The position numbers and the translations under genes were made by a program. Below the pieces are notes generated by a model, which saw nothing but the letters and a program-made list of their open reading frames with translations, had not been told where the DNA came from and searched no databases. A stretch of DNA of 64,000 nt from Lama glama (taxonomy: Eukaryota), in NCBI GenBank assembly GCA_028534125.1, contig CM052823.1, positions 3,348,001-3,412,000 on the forward strand, read 5' to 3'. Shown here piece by piece: positions 48,150 through 60,051 of the stretch (positions are counted from its first letter, which is position 1; each line of letters opens with the position of its first letter).

Positions 48150-48594
48150 ATGAAATAGCATGTGTTGACAAATTGGAAAATGTTAAAAACCCTGATAATT
48201 CCCAGAGAAACAATCACCTCTTAAACTAATTCTGAGAATGTAAGTTGGTGCAAAGTCTAAGGGAGGGGAATGTGGCCATGCAACGCTCACATCTTTTGAC
48301 ACGCCCATTCCACTCTTAGAAGGCACTGCAGGAAACAAATCAGAGACAAATGTGAAGATGGAGTGACAAAGTTGCTCACCCCAACTTACACCACCCAACT
48401 TTTAAAAATTATCTAAACATCTGGCAAGAGTGGATCATTTAGGTCAGCGATGATATAGTCACCCCCTAGGACATGATGTAACCGTTAAAAAAAATCACAG
48501 GGCGGGAAATTACTTGACGACAGGACAACGCTCAAGGTGTGGCGTTAGGTGAAAACTTAGGATGAGTGTGATGAACCTAACTGAACATAACATA

Positions 48595-48632
<38 letters not shown>

Positions 48633-48815
48633 CACACACACTCACACTCACGCAATTCATAGGCAAAAACAAAAGACCAGAAGCTGGTTACCAAAATGTT
48701 GGCAGGGGTCATCTCTGAGTGGTGAGACCAGGGTTGATTCCTATTCGTCCTTTTGTTCTTTTTTTTTTTTTTTAGCATTGTACAAACTTCTACTATAAAC
48801 ATGTATTTCTTTTTT
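48150..48815 (+). mobile_element. L1ME 3' end remnant with (CA)n at 48590-48650
   Basis: 'accaaaatgttggcaggggtcatctctgagtggtgag' followed by a T-rich tract, typical of L1ME4-like 3' ends. Confidence 0.65.
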
Positions 48816-51800
48816 TAAGAATTCTTACATTCGATAAATTGTAATTAGTTTAGTATCTTTTATGGGAAAACCTCACATGCTCCCCCTCATTCGTTCCCCG
48901 TTACAGAAGGGAGTTAACCAAATGCAATTATCTGCATAATCTGTAAAAGAGACTCCCTGGGGACAGGGGTGTGAAGGTTACTTGCCCCAACTGGAGCCAC
49001 CAAAAAGGGCTCTGGTGTCTGGTCGGCTGTCTGGGGCCAAGCCCCTGCGGGCCTCACCTCCCTGCCCTGGGCAACTTCCGAGGGCCTTCACCAGCCAGTC
49101 CTGCCCTCCACTCAGAGAAGCAGCTGCCAGAAGCGGCCCAGCCTCTGCCTGACGATGCTCCAGCTGGATTCGGGCCCCCGAGGCCTTCACACAGCCCTTC
49201 TCTGATCACCTGTTGTCTTTGCATTATCTCCACCAAGCCTGGCCCTGAGTCCCCGGCACAGATGCTTTCAGAGTGTTACCAGAAAAAGCTGGACTCACCT
49301 AGCGAAGCAAGTCTCCAGCCATCAGCGGTGTCCCCGGGAAGCCTTCTGCTCAAGCAGCCACACTTCCAAGGGTTCTGGGCGGGACGACCTTCAAGACAAG
49401 AGGGCTGAGTCAGAAAACCAAATCCAACCGTGTGGGTGCACGGCGGCCGCGGTGGAGGGCTGGCTGGGGAGTGGGGAGGCCAGCGCCGGGGACGTGCAGC
49501 TGGCGCAGAGCCAGCCCCCACCCCCAGGACGCGCGGGGTCCAAAGTGAAATGAACCGCTTCGGAACTGAACACGGGAGTTCCGCCAGGGGCAGGCCCGGG
49601 TGGAGGTGACAGGAGGTGCGAGCTGAGCAAGGGCGAGAAACTCAGGCTGCAACAGGCTGGAGGGGAGGAAGGAGAGGGTGGCCTTGGTTTTGGCCTGCCG
49701 GGATACTCATCAAAATAAGGAGCACAGCGGGCCTGTGGCTTGGCCTCTCGGATCAGTGCCCTCAGATTTCCGCCCAAGTTGCTGCTATTGTCAGTGTTAC
49801 CAGAGTCTACTGGACCCAGGGACACACGGAACTGGGCTGATTACAGTCCTTCTTCTAGGACACCAGTCATCACCAGTCCACAATTGCTCTTTTGTTTTAT
49901 TCCCTTGATTCGACTTTTTCAGGATTTAATGCTCATTCATAAACCCACCAGAGCTCCAACCCAGAGCTAGGACACTAAGGATCGTTTGCAGCCCCCACCA
50001 CACTCATCAGAGCCTCGGTTTCCTTCCCTGCAAGGGGGCTGCTAATGCACCCCCCACCGCACTCGGGGCTTCGGTGAAGTGGAAGACGCAGCGGCACCCC
50101 CTGACTCTGCCAGCCCAGGGGAGGGCGGCTCCCGGGGGGCCGTGCAGAGATGGCCGGGGGTCCACAAAGGGCCTCTCCCTTCCTCGCTTCCCCAACACCT
50201 GCCCAGTACTTTCTAGCTCACCAAACTCCTTTTCCCCGTGCCCCACTGAACCCCAGAGAGTGCTGCCATGGGGTGAGCCTCACCCTCCAGCCCACCCCAG
50301 CTCTCACAGCCCCCACGCCAGGCACCAGCACAGTCCCTGGAAAGGGGTGTCGAGGAGAAAGAGCCTGCGAGGAGAAGCTGGGAGCTCCGCAAAGTGAGGG
50401 ACTTGGATCCAAGGGTCCTGGTGGCCCCTGCGCTCCCTTTCCTGAGACTCTGAAAGGAATGCGTCTCCTTTGGTGACCTCCCCACCCTTCAAATGCAGCT
50501 CCCCCAAGCCCAGTGAGTGCCCACCAGCTGGATAAACAGCCGAGCCAAGGAATGTGGGCCCACGGCTCACTGGGGTACAAAATATTAGGATATGTGACCT
50601 GCAGAGCAGTGGGAGTTTTGAGGGGGAGATGGAGGAGGGACAGTGCAGAGAGGGGTTGGGGGGCGGTGCGTGGGGGCGGTGCGTGGGGGTGGGCAGATGC
50701 CCAGACTTGCAGAAAAGCAACAGGGGGACCTCAGGGGCAGAGGGAGCTGGACGAATGGTCTTTGAGAAGTCTGAACTCAGACCAGGAGTCCTCAGAGAAC
50801 CCCACAGGAGGGTGCGTAAGTAAATGAGGCCAGGAGCCCAGTGGGCCCTGGGGGGCAGTAGAGGCAAGGGGACAGCTGAGGAGAAGGAGACTGCGTCGGG
50901 GACACGTGTGCCCAGGCCCACCTTCATCCACTCCGGGCAGCCGCCGGCGGCTCCTGCTGCTCCCGGGGACGGCTGCTGGGGCTGTGGTCCAGAAGCCGCC
51001 AGAACAGCGGGACTTTCACTTTATCACGTTGAAAAGACACTGCCGGTAGAAGAACCACCATCCGAGGGGAAAGAAGACAAAGCCAGCCCCTAAACGACGA
51101 GCGAGGATCAAGGGCCTGGAAGGACAGAGAAGAGGAGGGTCAGGACCGCAGGGAAACCAGGAGACATGTCTCCTCTCTCCGCGACGGGCAGAATGGGAGG
51201 GAGAGATCGGTTTCCTCATCCTGTTCCGTGTCTGTGGATCGGGAGACTGAGGCCAAGCTGGGCGGTCACCGGCTCCAGCTGAGCCTCAGATGGAGGGAGG
51301 AAGAAACCATCACCCTCTGGGAGGTCCCTGGGGGAGACCGAGAATCCCCCACGAGCCTGGGCGGCCAGTGGAGGGAAGACGTGGGGACCAGAAGGCAAGC
51401 AGGCAGATTCCCGTGCTGGGGAGCTGGCGGCACCTCTGAGGCTCGGGAAGGGCAGGGACAGGAGAAGAAAACATGACCGAGATGGGGCCCCGCCCCACGG
51501 TGGCCAGAGCTGCACACACAGGCCACACGCTCACCGTTAGTGCATAGCTCGTGGCACTTCCAGATTTTTGCAGAGTAAATGAATTAAATTTACTTTCGCT
51601 TTTTTACTTACGAGGTGGGTGGAACTTGGAAGGTCCTGGTGACTTCTCCAAAGGCACAGACTGCCATCCTTCCTGGCAGAGAAAAGAAAAGAGAGGTCAA
51701 AAGACAATCAGAGACAACAGAATGGCCTGTCCTCGGGGCGAGTGTCCGCTCACTGAGGACAGCAGGGCCAGCGGACCAGCGGTCATCGGCTCGAACACTG

Positions 51801-52804
51801 AGCACTGGTCTCCAGGGCTTTCCGCCCCATGCCTGCCCTCCCGCCTCAACCAGCCACCGCTTCTGGGGGCCCGGAGCCCAGCCTCAGCCTTCGCTCTGTG
51901 TCAGCAGCCCACTGAGAAGCGCTGGGAAAGCACAGGACACAGAGTCAGGGCTGCCCGCCCCAGGCCTCAGCACCCTTGTCTCCACAATGATGAACTGGTG
52001 TCACTCATCTCCAGACGAAACAGGGAGACATATTGTGCACAATATAACATTATTCTTATTCCTCAACGTCTGGACCCACCGGGCTCTGGTCCCCGGGGAA
52101 AGGGGAGCCTTTGACGGCTGTGGTCCCCTGAGCAGGGCTGCATGGTCCCTGGGCCTGCCCTACGCATCTCTGCCCTCCGGGCCCCAGTCCCTCTCGCACT
52201 CACACACTTGTCTCGTTGATCCCCTCTGGCTTTGGGAGGCGTTGAGGCCTCCGCTGAAAGCTGGACAAAAGAACTGAAGAGGGTGACCTAGCTTGCTCAA
52301 GTTTCATCAGAGGAGCAGAACCAAACCGCGGAATTCTGTCTCGCAGAGCCTCAGCCTGCTCAGTGACAGCTGAAGGTTTGTTTTCCATCTTCCCTTCCCT
52401 TCTTCGGGAGGAGGCCCCAGCGACCCCCACAAACCAGGCTTGGCTCTGGCCAGGGGCCACAGGGTTTCAAATTTTGAAACAGACCTTTTGCAAACCGTTC
52501 CGTTTCAAGCCCTGGTCTGATTGCCCACATCCTGTCAAACTTCCTGGGGGAGTGAGATTTATTTAAGAAAGGAACAAAATCCTCATGTACATGCCATTGA
52601 GGAAAAACACGCTCCATCCTGGGCAATTTCAAGGATTAAGGTTACATATCTCTTAATGAGTCGCAGGCGGAAGGCAACGCAGAGTTGGCTGGAGTGGGTG
52701 GACCAGCCTCCGTAATGAGGAGGTGCCAGTCCTCGGCGCCAAGGACCCCAGTTCCCTGCCAGGGATGTAATCTGTCCCCCGGTATGGCCTGACAATCACT
52801 CTTT

Positions 52805-53770
52805 TGTGCATTCATCCAATTTTTCATTCAACCAGCATTCTGAGGAATCAGCCACTGTACACAGGGTTTATACTGGACAGTGAGGGGGTCTGAGGCACCC
52901 AAAATGGAGCACCCCCAGTCAGGGAGCTCCAGGTCTGGCTGGGAAGGCAGACGTCTGAACAGATCATGGCCAAGCAACAGGGCAGGTTTGTGAACAGAGG
53001 TCGAGCTCAAGGCCATGTCACAGTTCTGAGTGTGAGGTGACTCGTGCCACCTGGGGGGGGGGCAGGACAAACTCCCCAGTGACTGAGCACCATGAGAAGA
53101 TGGTCAGAGGATGAGCTGGTGCAAATGCCCAGAGACACAGGCGCACGCAGACTCGGGGTGGGGGGGTCTGCTGGGTGGCGCACGGAGCCACGGAGCAGAT
53201 GATAGGAGGTGGGGCTGGAGGCCAAGTCACGAAGGTCCTTGAACGAGAAGCCAAGGAGCTTGACTTCACCCTGGGACTCTGAGGACTCACGAGCGAGCTC
53301 CAAGGGGCCAGGGACACTTCCTCGTGCATTCTAGAGGTGAGCAAATTGGAAGAGGGGCAAGAAGACCCGTTTGGAGGCTCATGGCAGCCCAGGAAGCCTG
53401 GACCAACCTGGTAGTGATGGAGACGAGAAGGTAGGCTCCTGGGCTCCCTGGAGGGGTGCTGAAGGGCAGGCCTGGCAGCAGAGGCGGAGGGAGGAAGGCG
53501 TCAGGGATGGTGACCAAAGGCACGCACGCACAGGTGCCGGGCTCCTGTGGACCACGACAGTGACGTTAGCGACAGACGGTCTCTCGGGAAGCCATCTTGA
53601 CAAACTCAGGAGGAAGTGTGGTGGAGGGAGAGACAAGGTCAGCGCATCCGCCCTTCCACTCACTACTGCCATATGGCAACGCATCGAGGAGAAATACTTT
53701 AAAGTGGACGGGGGAGATCAAACCCCGACTCTCCACAGAGCCTTCCATAATAAGCATGATGCTTGAGTGA
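52805..53770 (-). mobile_element. L2 LINE remnant
   Basis: 'cattcatcc...ttcattcaaccagcattctgag...cagggagctccaggtctggctggga'. Confidence 0.65.
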
Positions 53771-55369
53771 ACGCAGTGGGTGGCTGGCTGGTCCCACCTG
53801 CCCAAGAAGTGGCCAGGCAGCAGCTGCACTAACTCCCACATCCACTTGTCTCTGTTTTCTCCAAGGATGTCCAAAGAACCCACTGATCTGACTGACCCCA
53901 GGGAGCCAAAGCCATCGACCAGCTCCCACCGAGGCTATGGCCTTGTCCTTCGTTCAGTATCCCCCGCCCCTCCGCCGCCAAAACATGGGAGAGAAGCAGG
54001 GGGAGTTTCTTATGAGGGTCAAGAGCAGCCCCATTGGCAGGTTAACAAGTTCCCGGGCACCTGTGTAGTTAAGCGATTTTGCCACGCGTCTTTGTTTAAA
54101 ATCTAGCTCCCACCCCAGACTTGAAGCTCCACCGGGGCAGAGACGGGACACATCTTATTTCTTGCTATTTATCACCCAGCCGCTGGCATCATAGAAGGGG
54201 CTTGATTTTTTTTTAGTAAATGAAAGAATGGATGATTAATTCACCCGGTCTCTCCGATGCCTAGGCCTTCTGGAGGGCTATCAGGACACAAAAATAAAAG
54301 GCCCTGCACTCAAGAAGCCCGTACCCCTTCGGGGGAAACTGGTAGCTAGTAATTAATGATGTGGTAGGGATCCTGTCAGTGGTCTGAACGAAGGATGGAC
54401 ACATAAGAAAGATCTAATCTGGACAAGGGATGTGGAAGCCGAAGGAGAGGGCAGGGGCTTACAGGGGGGTGACAGGCAGGCCACACCTGTGCATAGCTTT
54501 GCACAAAGCTTAGCAGCTGCGGCAAACGCCGGGTGACAGTCAGCCGTTGGCTGCTACAAGGCTAGGACACCTCATTTGCCCAGGGTTCTGGGGACACGTG
54601 AGACCTTGGTTCCTCTGTCTACACACACTCGCCAATCAAATCTTGGATTCCAGCCAAAAGCCACCCATGCTGAGCCTGCGGCCTGTCCTCAGCATTTAGA
54701 GGTCCACTTGCTCCCAGCGCAGCCCAAACCCCTCTCAGGAGAGACTGGAGTTCGCCAAGATGGGAGAGAGTCAAGCCAGGAGACTAACAAAGATCAGAGT
54801 CTCAGCTGTCCACAGTTCAGAAGGGGGGAGTTCTACCTGATTCAGCACAAAGTAGAAAGACTGATGGTTTGAGCTGACACCAAGCCCTTGTGAAAGAGAT
54901 GACTATCTTCCAAGCTAGATGACCAAGTACTGTCACCAATTTCAACAGAAAGATGCAAGACCCGGAGTGGGAGACGGAATCCAAGGTCAGGAGCCGGCCA
55001 GGACAGGAGGGGGAGGGGAGTGGTCGTGTCAGGCGTATAGCAGACGCTGGTCAAATTAATTGCTCAAGGGAGGGAGAGATGGCAGAGAGGAAGGACAGAG
55101 GGAGGGAAGCAAGGAGGGACGATGGGTCTTGGGCAAATGCCCCCAGTGGTGCAGAACTGTTGCCAACTCACATTTCAGGCTGTCTGTCCCCGGAAGAAGG
55201 GCATGTTATGCTGCCTTAGAGGTGCGTGGGCTGGGCTGGCCTGTCCCATCCAAACTGGCATTCTTCCGGAACTCAGCTGAACTCTCCATTCTTCTGGAAT
55301 GGGGGGATTTGGATATCCATTTGGGAGCCTTTAAATAAATGAAGTTGAAACCATTCATTTCAGTTCCAC

Positions 55370-55600
55370 CAGGTAATGTCTGAGGCATCTACTCCCTTAC
55401 AGGCACCACACTACGCACGTGGCAGGCATTAGGTCACAGAAGGGCCTTGTAATAGTTCTCATCAGACAAGGTGCATCCGCGCACCGATTCAGCCAGGCAG
55501 GTACCAGTTACTCTCCTCTAAGAGGTGACGCTGAGGCTGGAAGCCCAGAGGTGTGTCCAGCCTAACCCAAAGTCCCACGGTTGGAATCAGGAGGAACTTG
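55370..55600 (-). mobile_element. MIR remnant
   Basis: 'gaggtgacgctgaggctggaagcccagaggtgtgtccagcctaacccaaagtcccac'. Confidence 0.45.
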
Positions 55601-56199
55601 GTTTGCTTGGAAAGGCAATGCGTGGGCCCACTCACTGGAGGCATAAAAACAAGCCTGGGTTATTTTCGATCTCTTGTCTTGGCAGAGGCCAGGGCAGCTT
55701 TCGGGAAGACCCAGGGCTTCCATTCCACCATTTCAAGCCAACATTGCCCAAGGGTGGGCCAGTGTCCAGGGCAGTCAGAACTGCCAGTATTCTGTCTCAC
55801 TGTCTGGCACTGGACACAGGAAGCTGGACTTAGGGGAGAACCCAGACTTGCATGGGAGGATGCCGCAGGCCATCTGACACAACTCCCCGCAGAACAGCCC
55901 CCAGACCATTCTGAGAAGGGCTATCCTGGCTCCACAAAAGCACATGTATTTTTAGCTATTGGTTCATTCATTCAGCAATAAATTACTGGGTGCCTCCTAG
56001 GCTCAGGCTGGGATACAGAGAAGAATTTGACCCAGTTCCTGGCTCTCGGGGCAGATCAGTTTAATGATGACATGTAAACAAGTGCCCAGGACAGAGTAGG
56101 GTGGGTGTTCTGTGAGGAGTTTATAACGGGCTGTGGGGCTGGGGTGTGGCTAACTCACTGTGGTGTGGTCAGGGAAGGAAGCCAGTGTGACCTCACCCA

Positions 56200-56985
56200 C
56201 TCATTATCTCACACATGGAGCATTGACCTCACACATTTACTGACTCATTCACTTATTCACTCATTCATTCACAAAGCACTTCATTTACTCTTGGATGGCA
56301 TACCCATTCACTGACTCATCTACTCACTCAATAATTATTCTTTTATTCAACAACTCTAATGTATTCATTCCTCCAGCCATTTGCCTATTCACCCCCTCAT
56401 TAATTTCTCTCATGCATTGACTTATTTATTTACTCATTAGTTAAATTATTCAACTTTGTCCTCTTTTCATTGACTTATTTATGCACTCACTCATTTTCTG
56501 ACTGGTTAATCAATTAATTCATTTGGTCCCTCATTGACCATCACTGATGGATTCATACGCTGACACACTGGCTCATTCCTTCCCTCATTACTAATTAACT
56601 CCCATGAAGCCATTCACTCATGAACTCATTCAGGAGTCTACTCATGAACTCACTCATCCAGTTGCGCACTCGTCTTTCACTTATTGGCGCGTTGACCTCC
56701 GAGTCTTTCAATCATTCACTCGGCAACTTATTCGCCACTCACCATCCACCTCTTGACATTTCCACTTACACGTGGACTCATCCACTCATTCATTTGCCAT
56801 ACATTCATGCACTTATGTATTTAGTGACTCAACACATTATCAATTTGTTCACTCATTCGCATACTCCTTCACACTTCCTCACTTTTTTGCATTTATTTAC
56901 TGAAAGACTGATTCCTTCACTAACTCACTGCTTCATTCTTTCAATCTTTATTTCATTCATCCGTTATTCAATGACTCATTCGACA
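56200..56985. repeat. Degenerate (CATT/CACT)n low-complexity tract
   Basis: About 800 bp of imperfect tcattcac/tcattcat units next to L2 tails. Confidence 0.85.
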
Positions 56986-57585
56986 AACGTGTGTCACACG
57001 CGCTCCATGCGCTGGCCACAGTGGGCAGAGCAGTGCAGAGGAGGAGCATTATTCCTAACCTCCTGGACCTCACAGCCTAGGGACGGGTCATTGGCTCAGG
57101 CATCAGCTCTTGTATAAAGCATCTGGTGCTGAAGACTGAGCTGAGGGCCTGCCTCTTGTGCTTCTGAAAGCACTTCTACTTGCCCTAGTCTATTGAATTA
57201 TTACATTTATAAGTAGGTCTCTTCCTAATCCCAAAGAGCTTCCTGGTGGCTGGGACAAGAGGAGATTTAGATAGGAACACCATGGCCAACACAGAGCCTG
57301 GCATGGCTCGGGATCAATACCTGTTGAGCTGAAATTAATACCTTGAAACCAGTTATCAATTAAGCACTCTCTCGGATACCAAATGCCAGGAAAGTTTTAA
57401 ATATGGGCGATCGGGGCTTCCTGCCATCCCCTCCAAACAGATCAGGTCACTAGTATCTGTGCCTGCAACAGGGGAAAGAAATAACCCAGGTAAGCAGCAA
57501 GCAAAAATACCCAAATTATCTCAGCACAACATGCAGAGCACTAATACATACTCATACTATTAAAACAAATATTTTTTTTATTTCA

Positions 57586-57655
57586 TAAATGTCAGTGGTA
57601 CAGAATTGTAATAATTATAACCATTGTTTCAAAACACATTTTCATCACTGGTCCA
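57586..57655 (-). ncRNA. SNORD113/114-like copy with boxes but no terminal stem
   Basis: UGGACCAGUGAUGA (box C) ... CUGA (box D); 3' GGUCCA lost. Confidence 0.55.
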
Positions 57656-58802
57656 TGATTTGATCTCTTCTGATTTAATTTCCCACAGATTGGTTTATTA
57701 AACTACAATACTTATAATAATAATTAACACCCATGAACCCACCAAAATAAAAGAACAAAAACGATGAATATTCTCACATCTATGTCTGTCTTCATTATAC
57801 ACAGAAGTAACAGATTAAATCTTTTTTGGTTAAATGGATCTCAGACAGGCAAAATTGGGGTGATCACAGTTCTCATTTCATAAAATTTTATCGCTGGAAT
57901 TCTCTTGGTCATTTTAATCTTCTTTATAAACTGATTTTTCCTGAGTTATTAATTTAGTCAGGTACTCATTTTCAAAAAGAAAGTCGATAGCAAAGAATCA
58001 ACTTCCAAACAAGAGGGAAAACTTTAATTATTAAGCCTCTCTACATATTTCTTAAACAGAATGGTAAAAATAGGTAACCTGACTAAATTCTTGTTTAATT
58101 TTTTTAATGGAAATCTATCTTTTCTCAGTTTTGCAAAATGAATTTACCACAATCCCTATCAAATTCTTACCATTGGTCCTTGCATAATCTTCTTTAATTT
58201 ATTATTGCATTTAGCCATCTGTTCTTTTTAAATAATATAGTCATCATCCATAAACAAAAGGACCAAACCAAGAATAAAAACTTACCCTGATCTGTACTCT
58301 CCTCGACCATATAGTTAACAGTCAAGATCTTCATCATTAATGATTGAACCAACCAAGGTACGGCATTCCAGGGTACCAAACAGATGTAAAAAAGAATAAA
58401 ATACACTCATCACTGGTTCATATCTTGCACTCATTCATTTAGTTAAACATTTAGTTAATCCTAATTTTTTTTTCTTCATGAATCAAGCATCTAGTAACTC
58501 CTTTCAGCCAAGAGCAGACATTGACTGTTAAATACCTCTCTCTAGCTACTGCTTACACAAAGTGGGAACAATTTTATGTACATGTTTTCTTAATGGACCA
58601 AGGTATTTCAGAATTGAAGTAATTCCTCATTCTAGAACACATCCTCAAAACCGGTCCGTGTTTGGGCCTCTCTTTCTTTTCTTTTGGATGTTTGTTTGTT
58701 TGTTCACTAATAATGTAAAATCAATATCCATGAACCCTGTCAATCCTCAAACTTTCCTGAGATCATTCCCCAAAAAGTCATGCACTAATTCTCCTTTTGC
58801 CA

Positions 58803-58875
58803 TGGACCTCAGTGGTTCAAAAAATGATTGATCATAATTTTTATTCAGATGCATTCCATTTACATCATTGGTCCA
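58803..58875 (-). ncRNA. SNORD113-like C/D snoRNA, near-intact
   Basis: Perfect UGGACC/GGUCCA stem, box C AUGAUGU (1 mismatch), D' CUGA, C' AUGAUCA, box D CUGA. Confidence 0.75.
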
Positions 58876-59691
58876 GGTGTGGCCCTTCTGCATTTAATTT
58901 GAACACTTTTTAGATGTTGCAATTAACAACCATGAATCCACCATCCTACTCAACAGCCGGAATACTGACTCCCTAAATAAGTAACAGCTTAGGAGTTATT
59001 TAAGAGAGAGATGTGTAAATAATCAATGGGAAAAACATAAAATGGGACATTTAAGTTTGGAAATGAATAGAGGAAGTTAGGTGTCTTTTTCTTCTTGTAC
59101 CTCATGTGTGCTAAACTGCATTACTCATCAACTTGGTTCATAACACATGCTTATCATAGGTCAATGCACGGCATTTAAATTTTTAATTACATTTATTATT
59201 TTTATAATGATATAATGGAAGCCCATGAGTGAACCACCCGAACCAAGAACATTATTACTCACATGGCAGGATTCGTTCCTTCCCCATAGAGATAAGGCCA
59301 AGATCTTCACGACTGGAGAACAATTTCAGTAACTACCATGCAACCATCCTGTGGGATGCAGAGATGCTGGCAAATGAAAAGGCCAGGTCTGGGTTTTAAT
59401 TTAGTGAACATGAGGTAACCAGGACAAAAATTAGTTATAAACAATGATTCATGCCAGATTCTTTTTTTATGTCACATCCTTATCTCTGGCTCCATTACTA
59501 AAATGGAACCAGAGATAAGAATGAATTTTATTCATTTAAATAATATAATAAGCACCCTTAAATGAACTATCCAACATAGGAAGAACTGTGAGTCTTGCAG
59601 ACAAGAGGCTATGAGTCCCTGACCCACAGAACTAAGAGGTTAGAACTTCTTTTTTTCAAAGGATGTGTGTTGTGCTGAATCAGATTCACCT

Positions 59692-59728
59692 TGAACCTCA
59701 ATTTATGACACACTCTCATCATTGGTCC
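59692..59728 (-). pseudogene. Internally deleted SNORD113/114 relic
   Basis: GGACCAAUGAUGA joined after ~15 nt to UUGAGGUUCA. Confidence 0.55.
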
Positions 59729-59857
59729 TTATGTGGCCTGCTTTGATTATACCCCATACTTTTTTATTTTTCAATTGTTCGACCTGCAAAAATCAGAAGT
59801 CACTATCAGACAGACAAGCTGTCCGCATGGTGCTCTGAGTGAAAACAGATCTGCTTG

Positions 59858-59924
59858 CTGTGTGATGGACTAAAATCCCACTACCTAGGGTTACAAGTAG
59901 TGAGACGAACAGCCATCAAAAACA
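59858..59924 (-). ncRNA. MIR3955: miR-3955 homologue
   Basis: 5p UUUGAUGGCUGUUCGUCUCACU at 59899-59920; 3p UGGGAUUUUAGUCCAUCACAC at 59860-59880; close to sheep/cattle miR-3955 as I recall it. Confidence 0.8.
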
Positions 59925-59999
59925 GTCCATACCTCCTAATCAGACACTGAGCACCCTAAACAGACCACCCAGCCAGGACAGAACTTGCCCGTTACTCAC

Positions 60000-60051
60000 A
60001 TTGAGCCACACAGGTCTCGACCATCACAGAACGATTACGCTCACATCCGTT
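60000..60051 (-). other. Candidate short non-coding host exon
   Basis: Acceptor UGCUUUUUACUUCACAG ending at 60052; donor GUGAGU at 59999-59994. Confidence 0.5.
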
